From NCBI RefSeq assembly GCF_964355755.1, contig NC_092670.1:22802795-22866794 (forward strand): a stretch of 64,000 nt of DNA. The letters are read 5' to 3'. Source of the stretch: Antedon mediterranea (Eukaryota; Animalia; Echinodermata). A model generated the notes under the pieces. It was given only the letters and a program-made list of their open reading frames with translations. It was not told the origin of the DNA and searched no databases. This document shows positions 53,509 to 64,000 of the stretch, piece after piece; the stretch's first letter is position 1; every line of letters begins with the position of its first letter. A program made the translations under genes and the position numbers.

Positions 53509-53800
53509 TTTATTTCCGAATAAATGACAGCTTGGCGGGTCCTATTATATACTGTAGCCATTTTCTAGATAGGCAAATTCCGTAAATCATATCGGTCACT
53601 ACTGAGTGACTTCCTGTAGCATGGAAGTATGTTGCGGGTTAGGTTAGACATGGATAAATGTATGTATGTCACACTGTGATGCTTTGTCATGGAATTTGCC
53701 TATGATACTCGAGAAATGTAAATAAGGGCCTACCGATTTTATTTTGTGTTTGTCTTTTTCTGTTTATGCCTTATTAGCACTTTAATTTCTTTGGTTTCAG

Positions 53801-53910
53801 ACACTTTGTATAGTGGTTGTTACTTTTATCACGCTATCAATGAATCAATTCAGGCCTAATTATCCAATACAAACATTTAGGCCAATGCCTATTTCAACTT
53901 TTCCAATAAG
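53801..53910 (+). CDS. GAL3ST-like sulfotransferase, coding exon 2 (signal anchor)
   Basis: tttcag| acceptor and ag|gtgagt donor; open 110 nt encoding TLCIVVVTFITLSMNQ...; its phase-2 end fits the next exon. Confidence 0.82.
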
Positions 53911-54006
53911 GTGAGTCCAAACGTTTTATCTATGTCTATCTATCTATGCATAGTGAAAGAAAGTCCAAGGTAAGTTAAATCATATAAATCCAAAGGCAAA
54001 TAACTG

Positions 54007-54208
54007 AAAAAATGACAATGCAGTGGCTGAATCTCAATGGAGATACAAAAAAAAAGCGAAAAGCTAAATCAAAACGATAAAGTAAAACAGCCAGAAAAGT
54101 TAGCAGAGCTTTCGGGTACTAGCCCTTCATCAGTGCAAGTGAAGTTATATATAAACATAACAGGCACAAATCATTAATTCTAAACCGCCCGGTGATTAAA
54201 TTGAAACG
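54007..54208 (-). mobile_element. Retroposon copy containing a hammerhead ribozyme
   Basis: Shares its body with 2678-2840 and 38139-38575; lies antisense in GAL3ST intron 2. Confidence 0.8.
54100..54139 (-). ncRNA. Minimal type I hammerhead ribozyme (Penelope/retrozyme type)
   Basis: Minus strand UUGCA-CUGAUGA-A-GGG(CUAGUA)CCC-GAA-AGCU-C/UGCUAA: intact core, 3-bp stem II, palindromic AGCU helix III, CUC cleavage triplet and short stem I. Predicted cut between 54106 and 54105. Confidence 0.75.
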
Positions 54209-54566
54209 AAGTTATGTTCCTATTGTTGCGTAGCATCTATTATTATTCCCGTCACGCTTCATTGCTTGTCAGAACCGAAAGTTTATTGTTTAACTACAAA
54301 ACATTGGCCTAAGACAACCTAGGCAAGTTACGGCTTTCGCTCTGTGTGGGTGAAATCATTTATTGCAGGCGATGTTTGCTCACTGTTCATGGGAATTATT
54401 TCGTTATCCAATGAAAAGCGTTCCAATAGAGATTGTCTTTAGGAGGGCCCTGGATGTCATCAGAATTCGTTATGCTAATATAGGCCTAGATCTGTTTGCA
54501 GCACTCACTTGCACTTTGTAATTTCTAGTCTACATTTCCTAATTTCTGTTTTTTTTTACCTTTCAG

Positions 54567-55674
54567 TTATGTTCCCCCACTACCGCCAATACCGACGAAA
54601 TGTCCTTCTAAACAACAGATCGTATTTGTTAAAACGCATAAGACTGGAAGTACGACATTAGCGAGACTAATAGAGCAATATGCAGTCGATCACAAGCTCA
54701 ACGTGGTCAGGAAAATAGGAGAAAGGGGATCTGTCCATTTTGACCAAAAGTTCAACTATGGCTGTCCTAAATTATTCTTACCCCCACGTGGAGTTAAAAC
54801 AGGAGATTATAAGAATTATAAATATGATATTTTTACCATACATGCTCATTATAACAGGTCGGTGTATGATTCATTTATGAATGAAAATTCATTTTATTTT
54901 ACAATACTTAGAAATCCGGTGATGCAGTTCGAATCTGCATTCGATTTTTTCTCAATAGGTTCAAAAGTCAAATTAACGGGTTCAAAGGAAAATATATTAG
55001 ATAAGTTTATGTTGAATGTTGAGAAGTATTGGAAGAAACTTGGTAAAATGCAGAAACGATATATGCATAACAACCAACTTTGGGACATGGGTGTTGATGA
55101 CGTTTCAATATGTTTGAAACAAAATTGCTCAAATAATTTATTTGAAAAATTGGATAACGAAATGGATTTAGTTTTGATAAATGAGTTTTATGACGAGTCA
55201 TTGATACTCTTGAAGAAAATGTTATGCTGGGATTTTGAAGATATTCTTTATCTCCCGAGAAATAAGCGGGCAAAACGCACTAATATGACGACAGCCGTAT
55301 ACCAAAAGATAGCAAAATGGAACGCAGCCGACATGAAATTATACAATTATTTTGAAGAGCGGTTAAAAGAACGTATTTCAAACTATGGTGAAGATTTCAC
55401 TGCAGATTTAGCAGCATTTCGTGAAATGACGAAGTTTCTTCTAGACGTATGCGTTTCAAAGGAAAGGTTTGACGTCGGTACACGCGCACGTAACAGGTAT
55501 TTGCTGAAACAAAACATTACTTCTGAGAATTGTCAACGAATTGGGAAAAATGATGTCTGTCAATTTAGTAACGGATATACTTTGAATCTTAGTTTGCCGC
55601 AGATGTGTAAACAGGTTACTTTAGATGGTTCTGTTATGGATCGAACCATCCGTAAAATAATGAAGATGCAATGA
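54567..55674 (+). CDS. Galactose-3-O-sulfotransferase (GAL3ST family), catalytic terminal exon
   Basis: Acceptor tttcag|; motifs IVFVKTHKTGSTT (5'-PSB), FTILRNPVMQFESAF (3'-PB), DLVLINEFYDESLILLKKMLCW and WNAADMKLYNYF. The joined CDS is 1248 nt (415 aa); the true frame opens upstream of the listed ORF. Confidence 0.94.
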
Positions 55675-55849
55675 TCAAATATCGAATAACTTTTATTGAT
55701 ATTATAAGTGGGTAAGCATAAACTGTATTCAAACAAAAGTTCACCTCTCCTCATTACTGAGCATGCGAATCGAAGTAGGCATTCGTTTGCGTACTATTAC
55801 TAAAATATTTTTATATTTGTTAGTAATGAAATATAAAGGTAAAGTTAGT

Positions 55850-55947
55850 ATTATCGTCCCTAAGCTTAACTGGAAACTGAGGAAATTCGGACTAGGGATC
55901 CTCTCTGCGGACCTCCACGGCAGCCAGCAGAGATCAGTACACCGGGA
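55850..55947 (-). mobile_element. 3' end of the SINE family also seen at 63305-63415
   Basis: Reverse complement shares ctcagtttccagttaagctt and ggtgt.ctgatct with the 63.3-63.4 kb copy. Confidence 0.6.
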
Positions 55948-56865
55948 GGCATTTTTTCTATGCAGTTAAGGCAGAAATAATAAATAATTATTTAATCTCT
56001 CTGCATGCTTATATAGCATTATTCATGATTTATGCCTTAATTGTATAGAAAAAAAATAATGCCACCGAGAGACGATCCCCTACCCCTTTTCGACTAATCA
56101 AAGATAGTGACACTATATTTGGAATAATGTACTGTTCTGTAATCTTTTCACAAATGAAATATCATGCTTGTCGCCCTCAAGGGACAAACAATTTATTTAC
56201 TTTATTGTTCCAGACTAACATTTTCTGTTTTTTCGGTAAGAACACAAAAACGGAAATCGCTAAATCATCCGACTTTAAAATAAAAACAAAAACAAAAAAT
56301 GAAATATTATTGGTAGAAAGAAGAAGCTATTGTAAAGTCATTTAATCATATAAATAAAATATAATAATTAAAATATATATTTATAGTCCTGTTAGTTATA
56401 TAGCGTAGATGTAGTAAAGTGACAGTTTACATGTTTATTACTAACATTAATTTTTAAAATGTTGTTAAATTAAAATATTAGTACTTTGTGAAAGTGGCAC
56501 ACAATATGTGAATGATGCACTCTGATACAAAAATATATAGACATTCCACACACTTAAAATAAATATGAAGAAACAACTAATTAAGCAAACGACATTAAAA
56601 GTACTTTAGTAAAAAGATAACATAAATAGAGGAAAGAAATAAATTATATATTATTATATATACAAAACCCCGATTATTTTGTTATGGAATCATTTAACCG
56701 TGACCGTGACAATAATTGTTTATTTAGCACGCGCTTAGAGTGTCTTTCTCTTCACGCACGAGTGGGCACGTCAGACAAGACAGTTTTTCCATTGATAGAG
56801 TAGACACAGCCGAAACTCATTTGTTTTCTATCAGAATGATCTGAAATTCTTTTTAACAATTCACG

Positions 56866-57138
56866 ATGAGCAGTGAAGAAATAGTAAAAGATTTTATCGA
56901 GAACGGAGGCGATGTTCATAATTTAGAAGGTTTGTTTGAAAGCAAACGGGGCACCATGAACGTTCTGAGGGACCCACGGGTACTCTCTCACCTGAGATCG
57001 CTACACCAGCAAGGTAGTGACAGTGAGTCTGTGTCAGGTGCTCAGCCTGGCTTAGATGAAAGTGTTGAGAGTTTGAGTGACAAAATAAATATCTACAACA
57101 AACGACATAGCGTTGGGACATTTACTATAATTCAAAAG
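56866..57138 (+). CDS. Afadin/RASSF-like Ras-association domain protein, exon 1
   Basis: ATG in acgatga; 91 open codons; strong phase-0 donor aag|gtaagg; KINIYN resembles the helix preceding RA domains. Confidence 0.8.
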
Positions 57139-57980
57139 GTAAGGCAGTATTTAATGACATTTTAAAACCATATATATATTTGTAAGTTAGTTAGCGCTTA
57201 AATTAAAGTTTTTCAAATTATTTGTGTGTGAAATAGACTAGCATAAAAAAACAATATAAAGTTTGGTAGAGTTTGGCCTACTGCATAATTCACTTATTAA
57301 ATCAATAATGGTATCAATAACAGAAATGTGGGAATCACCATCATGATTCACAAACTAAAATCAATAATAGTTAATTGACCCCTATTGAAATATCAGATTA
57401 TTTTGCATACAATAAACATGTTGTGCATCAACACAATTCTAATTTATGATTTTGTATGCTCATCTGTGCATATGCTTTAAAAATATCAGTATTATATAGT
57501 CTATTACATACCTTGCTTACTTGGATAAACAAACAATAGCATCTCTCTCCGAAGAGAGAAATACAATTACGAAAAGAAGAACGTTTTCATAAATCTACTG
57601 TATATAAGAGACAATAAAAGCTTGTTAAACTTAAAACTGTAGACGTTAAAACATACGGTATGTATCAAAATTTATAACATAAGCTTTATTTATTACACAC
57701 ACAAATAACTTAATTACAGTAGATTTTTTTACAGTAAGGCCATGTTATTAATGAATAAAATAAACTTTGTTTGCCCCTCCAAAAAATGACAAAATATATA
57801 TATATACAGTATATATAGCTTATACAAATATTTTGTGTCTATTTTACCAAAAACCTATTAACTTCTAGACAATGGGCTTGCTGCTTTCGGTTAACTATTT
57901 TTCCTTTAGATTACGGTTTTATCGGGTAAACTATTATGTGACATTTAAATGGCCTATTCAACAAAACAATTTAATTTTAG

Positions 57981-58161
57981 GGGTTAGGATATGAAGGACC
58001 AATCCATGTTTCACTAGAAGATCAACGACACAAAGTGACAAAAGTGTTACAAGTGACAAACCAAGTGACAGTCGAACAACTACTACCGATCCTCACTCAG
58101 AAATTTAACATCTCAAAAAACGACAAACGTCCACAAGTTCTCTATATGATCCAAGAATCAG
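57981..58161 (+). CDS. RA-domain protein, exon 2 (no further exons located)
   Basis: ttttag| acceptor and g|gtaagg donor; YEGPIHVSLED..VTKVLQVTNQVTVEQLLPILTQKF...LYMIQESG parallels the afadin RA1 pattern (TK...V....T...VI..L..KF...LY.V..SG). Confidence 0.8.
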
Positions 58162-59149
58162 GTAAGGACTTACTATTTCTTAATTTAATTTACTTGGTAT
58201 ACATACCAGGCATAGCCAAAAGGAAATGTGTGCTCAAGGGCATACTTTCCCCTGTTTTAGTGAGTTATTTAATAAATTAGAGAAAGAAGAATAGAAGTGT
58301 CGGCTTTTTAAAATATGTGTCAGTGGCAGATTAAAGGGTATGGACGAAGCCCCTTATGGTGAAGAAATGTGTACAAAATACTACTGGGCCAATGGCAAAC
58401 CCCCAGATCCTGTTTGTTTTTTAGTGTTTTCACAAAAAACTGAACTCCTCAGAATATGCATATAATTAATTTATAGTGACTCCTTAGCTACTGTCCAATT
58501 CTTAACAAAACACTTTTTTTGTATAGTACTTGAATAATGTTGTTTGCTAAGCAAATACAATCTCAGTGGTAAGATGTTGACTCAAAGTCAACTTAGAATT
58601 CTATACCAGTTACTGTTCACAACACCTGAAATGAACATGTATTGTGACAATTGACTGAATGTTTTATAAGTCAATGGTTACCATGCAACGGTCAGATGGA
58701 AAACTAAGTTTTAAAATTGGCTTTAAACAGAACAAATTAATAAATGGTTGGATTCTTGAAACTTAAGTCAGTACATAAGAATAGGTTTCTAAATAGGCTG
58801 ACAATCAACTACTGTATAGTGTTAGAAGGTCCCAAATGGACAGTTACACTGTAGGTACAGTTAGCTAAATATACAGTTTAGTAGTTATGTGGTTTTCCCC
58901 ATAGGAATTATGTTAATAAAGATGTATTAAAATGGGTTATGATACAAGGAAACAACATCAAAAGTAATTAATATTTATCTTAGATGTATTACCATGTTAT
59001 CATGCCACACTACATCCATGCATTAGGTAAGTTTGTACGTTCCTACTGTAGCATAAGTACTGTTACCTTTATAAATAACTAGTAGTACTAAATAACACAG
59101 TGCATGTGTTTTAGGGAGTGAAAAGATGTAGATTTGGGAGGGGTGAGCT

Positions 59150-59965
59150 AGTGACTCCACCCTATCCCCTGAGATAAAGGACTCCCTCTAGGATAAATGA
59201 CTCCTGAAGGATAAAGATCCCCCCCCCCCCCACTGGGATAAAGGACTTGTATCCTAGGATAAAGGACCGCCCCTACTAGTTTTAAGTATTTGGGGGTGGT
59301 TTTTGATGAATATCTGACCTGGGGGGAACACATAAATTACATTATAAAGAAACTAAATTCACGCATGTACTGCCTACGTAAACTACGCTCATTTAATGTC
59401 GATAGCCACATCCTTCGTATGTTTTATTTGTCAGTTATTAGTTCTGTTTGGGGATATTGTCTGGTGGGGTGGGTTGGGAATGTTGGTAGGGGAGATAGGG
59501 ATAGAATAGACATGTTGGTGAGGAGGGCAGGGAGGATGGTTGGATATGAATTACCTGTGGTGGACTCGGTCTATCATGAACGGTTGCGCAATATGTTTAG
59601 TGTGATATGGAATGATGTTAGTCCTCCCCTTAACTCGGACATTGCCGACTGCCTTATGGAACGTAGTGGTAGACTGAGGCCGCCACGCGGATCCACTGAA
59701 CGCCATCGTCTCTCCTTCCTCCCAAGAGGCATACGAGACTATTATGAAAGATTTCAAAGATAGGGGAATTTATTACAAATACACTATTTTTGTTATTATT
59801 ATTATCACACTTATGTTTTATGCCTATCATTTCTCTTTTCTTTACGGCATTGTAATAAGACAGCAACACAATTTCCCAAGTTGGGATGAATAAAGTTTCC
59901 TTGTATCCTTGTATCCTTGTATCCTTGTAGGATAAATGACCGCCCTTCTAGGATAAAGGAATCCC
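59150..59965. repeat. ggataaagga-based degenerate repeat, split by the Rex1-like LINE
   Basis: Repeated (ta)ggataaa(g/t)gac units at 59170-59278 and 59929-59965. Confidence 0.6.
59281..59928 (+). mobile_element. 5'-truncated Rex1/Babar-like LINE
   Basis: FKYLGVVFDEYLTWGEHINYIIKKLNSRMYCLRKLRSFNV...FYLSVISSV...TERHRLSFLPRGIR; 3' end aatttcccaagttgggatgaataaagt plus (ccttgtat)n. Confidence 0.88.
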
Positions 59966-62900
59966 CCTCCTCCATCATTCAGTCCTTTATCCACATTCCT
60001 AGGATGAGGAAGTAATTATTATATTAACATTTTTTTTTAATACAACTTAGAAACCAGTATCTTTGTATTGCATCATACTGTAATTGCTTTAATTAGGTTT
60101 TACTTTCTTTATAATTCTCATTTACATTGTAATATGAGTGGTTATAATTTGACCTATGAACTCTTTGTTTCAGATTAGTTTAGTTTATAAAATCCTTTTA
60201 CAAAATCAAAAAAATGTCTTTCTTTCTTTGGCAAAATGAAAATTAAATAATTAAAAAAAATTAACAAAAAAACTCATAATTTATTGTCATGCTTCCCTCA
60301 ATTGAAAGTCGTGTATAATTGCAATAAAAAGCCACCTGCATACAAATGAACACCTGCCTTCATTGTGTCTTTGGCATTGATGGACAATTTAATGAACAGG
60401 TTTAATTTCCCCGGAAACGTTGAGGAAACTCTACGCTGAAAACGCTTCTAATCTTTCGTAATTGTTTTTTTTTCTGTGTGGCCTTTTGCAAATTCATTTG
60501 ATGATTGTGCTTTACAATGTTTAATCACTTTTTCCTGTAGAAATTTTATAAATTATTGTTATAATGGTTTTTTAAAGCTTTGCATTAACTGTCTCTGTGG
60601 TCTTTAAGTGTGGTACTTGCCCTGTTAATGAGAGGTTACAGGTTCACATTCTGTGATTAATAAGGATCGTAGGCTACTAATAGTCGGGGTACATGTCTAG
60701 ATCCATAGATACAAAGATGACAAATTAGACATATATATATATATATGTAACACTATAGCAAAAACCCCACTGAAAATCCCAACCAAATTCTATTCCCTCC
60801 TTTCCAAGACATTCCAAAGCAATCCCCAATCCCCAATCCCAATCCCCATCATCCTTTTTTTTATAATATCTCTATGGTTTTAATATTTATCATGTTAAAC
60901 AAAATGACTTGATGAAATCAATGCATTCACAGAGTACCCCACAGGTTTCAGAGTATTATTCTCTACTACACAATATGTTTGTTTATTTAACGGTAACACA
61001 AATAATTCTTGACCTTGATATTTGGGTGATGTCTGTTCCCATTCACGTCCTTTATACACCCTCTTTTGTACCCATTCAGTAACTACAGCTGCTTCAAGCA
61101 GATTTTGATTTTAAATATTAAAAGTATGTTCCGTCCCATTAAACAATTCCTTTTGAAATTTCAAGCTCAATTAGAACTCAATTAAGCGTCGATCAAGATT
61201 AGAAATACTCCCTCAAATTATGTAGATAGTCTACCCGCAGTGTTCCAATAATGCTACCGTGTATTATGTTACTGTATCAAATAAAGCGGTGCTGATTTAT
61301 ATATATATATATAGTTGTTTAATATCTAACGAGTGCTTTGAAAATTGTTAAATGATAGTGCACCAGATTTATGAACATTAACATTACAGCATAAAAAATG
61401 AGAATGAAGTAGTGTTTTACAGTAGAACCACTATTAGGGAACAAAGTGTGTCCTCAATAGAGGTGTCCACTGAATATATATTACCTTTAGTTTCATGTGA
61501 GACAGTCCCCTTAAAATGAATATAGATGTCCCAAAGGAAGGGTGCACAGCTACTGTATAGTAGGTTTGCTTACTTATTAATTAATTTATTTATAATTTAT
61601 AAAATTGAAATGGCAATAATATTGTTTAAACAAATCTATACAGTAAATTTTTAGTATTTGTTGGTATCGTTATATTTATTATAATTGTTGTTATGTATAA
61701 TATATACAACCAATACATATAACTATTTTTTAGTTTTACAGTATTTAAATCAGAATATAATTTTAACCTAAATACAATGTACCTTTATATGGAATTGATG
61801 TTGGTGTTTTAATGAATTGTATTTTTGTAAATTTTAATTTGATCAAATTTGTAATTGTGAATCTTTTGCTTGTTTTTACTATACTATATTTCTGAAAACA
61901 ATTTTTCCATGTACAACTTTTTATATATGGAACAAATAAATATTTGATTTATATACAAATTTTAATTTTCATAGTATTTTACCAAAATCAGTAAAAAGGA
62001 ATGTAATATCATATCTTTTTGGCAACACAGATGTTTTTGTTTGTTTTCATATTCAATTCTACTGATATTCATTTACAGTTCTAAGTTTCCCTAATTCTTT
62101 GTTGTTAATTTCTTTCATAATTCTTTCAAGCATATTGATTTAGCATAATACCTTTGACGTTCAGCTGACTAGGGGGTTGGACGTTCAGTTTTGCAGCGGA
62201 TAAATAAAAGCGCTAAAGCTCCTATGAGGCATAAAGTTTCAACAAAGAAACTTATTGATAAGTACCAATAGACGACAAATATGTGTGGTTAAGTACCAAT
62301 AGACGGCAAGTATGTTTGGTGATCTAATATTTAGAATTTTCTGGTGTTGTATCCTACATAAGTAACTGTAGCAACTTGTGTTATAATAGTGTTACGTTGT
62401 ATTGAAGTAAGCTCATCAAGTACCTATCCCTTTGTGTACTTATTGAGGGCAGGTTTAATAAGTATTAAGCTGCTTAGCTGTTAAATGCTGTTAACAGACA
62501 GTTAGTTAGTGACAGATCTGTGAACGTTTCATAGGATGAGATTTAAATTGTGGTTTTTTATTAACTGTAATGGATATATGAGGTAAGTAACTTTCTTATT
62601 CATTCAAAAAAACGTCTGGAAACTCACTCGTACACAGAAGCATTCTAGATCATGCCATTATATAGCATTCAACTTTTCCTTACAAAATTTATCATAAAAA
62701 TTGAAACTTAATTTTATGATGTACTTGTATTGTTTTGGTTTCAGATTTGTGTATTGTGTCATAATTAAAAAACAATAGAAATGCTTGTAGATAATTAACA
62801 TAATTAAAAAAAAAAACAATAAAGAAATCATTAAGTATAGTTTTTATTAGACTTTGTTCTATATCACTATCGTAATTTTTCTACACTTTCGAGCACAAAG

Positions 62901-63214
62901 AGGTTGTTCTTGATGAACTTTTCTATGACTAAATGAATAAAGGTAATAAACTTAAGTAGTTAGCTACAGCACAGTTGCACAAAGATCTAATTTTACAATT
63001 GGTTTGCAGTGGCCCTTAATTGCTCGGCCACTCGATTCGACATAGAGCAACTTGTTGCTTTGTGACATGGCTAAGTAGACCAGTGAAGAGTGAAAATATG
63101 TATGTAATTTCACTCTTCCTTGTGTAGACATTGTTTAAATATCTAGCCACGTCTGGCCTGTTCTTTTATATTCACTAAACCCAGTCTAGAGTTAATTTTA
63201 AGGTCTCCTAGTAG

Positions 63215-63420
63215 ATTCTCAGCATCATCCTTTGGATAGGATGTGAAGCCGTTGGTTCAATGTAGGCTACATAGTGCACGATTTGAAAAGAGTATGAGAT
63301 CATCTCCTGGTGTGCTGATCTGGTAGGCGCTGCACTGCTGTCTTACGTGGGTCCGTGGACGGCCTAATCAAAATCTCAGTTTCCAGTTAAGCTTGAGAAC
63401 CAAGGGATAAATACATTTAA
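63215..63420 (+). mobile_element. Meta-domain-like SINE, central and 3' part
   Basis: tcctttggataggatgtgaagccgttgg is homologous to the 43.8 kb copy; the 3' end is homologous to the 55.9 kb copy. Confidence 0.55.
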
Positions 63421-64000
63421 ACTAAGTTTTTGCTTTTTGTGTCCCTTGATATTATTGCATTGATTTTCTTAGGCCTACAACAACATTATTTCATGGCATT
63501 CCAACGTCTATACAACTATCATTGCATACAGATAACTTTGGCCTCTCCTCGCTGAAGGCACTCTAATCAAAATCAATTCCAATTGAATGCTAGGTTTTCA
63601 ATTGTAAAGATTTAAAGACAATACTTGCATTGTTATTAAGCTTAAATATATTGGAGTGTTTGTGCTATTTAGATGTTAAGTACTGTACAAACACTAACAT
63701 TGATTGGTATTGGCATTTCACTATTCTCAATACTGTTATCCTCTACTTAAAGAAAGATTTAGTCATGCTAGCGTTACCTTGCAAAGTACAACGAACATCA
63801 CCCATTCTCATCTCGGTAGGAAGAGTATTAAATAGCTTTGTTTTTATAACCTAATAACATCAATAGTGTTATCTATGGCATTGGTTTTGTGTTTGTCTAT
63901 CAAGAAGAAGGATGTATTGTTGCTCAATTAGACTGGTAAGTTTTTGTGTTTGTTGACTGTTGAAATAGATGGTGTAGTTAGATGAATCTTGTAAATTGTA

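Overview
This is an AT-rich animal genomic window with GT-AG introns; a marine invertebrate such as an echinoderm is likely, but that is inference. Three genes are supported. A two-exon heparan sulfate 3-O-sulfotransferase (HS3ST3/2/4/6-like) lies on the minus strand with a 13.8 kb intron. A three-exon galactose-3-O-sulfotransferase (GAL3ST-like) lies head-to-head with it on the plus strand. The first two exons of an afadin/RASSF-like RA-domain gene follow, with no further exons located in the window. The rest is transposon debris (MITEs, a Helentron-type element, Crypton- and Academ-like remnants, CR1/L2/Rex1/RTE fragments, tRNA-derived SINEs) and several minisatellites. Three observations stand out. 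(1) A tRNA-headed retroposon family carries a minimal type I hammerhead ribozyme, intact in the copy antisense to its host intron and deleted from the predicted cleavage site in the copy that is sense to its host. (2) Tiny palindromes flanked by 7-8 bp GTnnnAC-like duplications resemble P-element excision footprints. (3) Two LINE 3'-tail insertions are fused at their 5' ends to copies of nearby DNA, one being 235 bp of HS3ST exon 1. The long ORFs at 12.8-14.3 kb and 21.3-22.5 kb are tandem-repeat artefacts.
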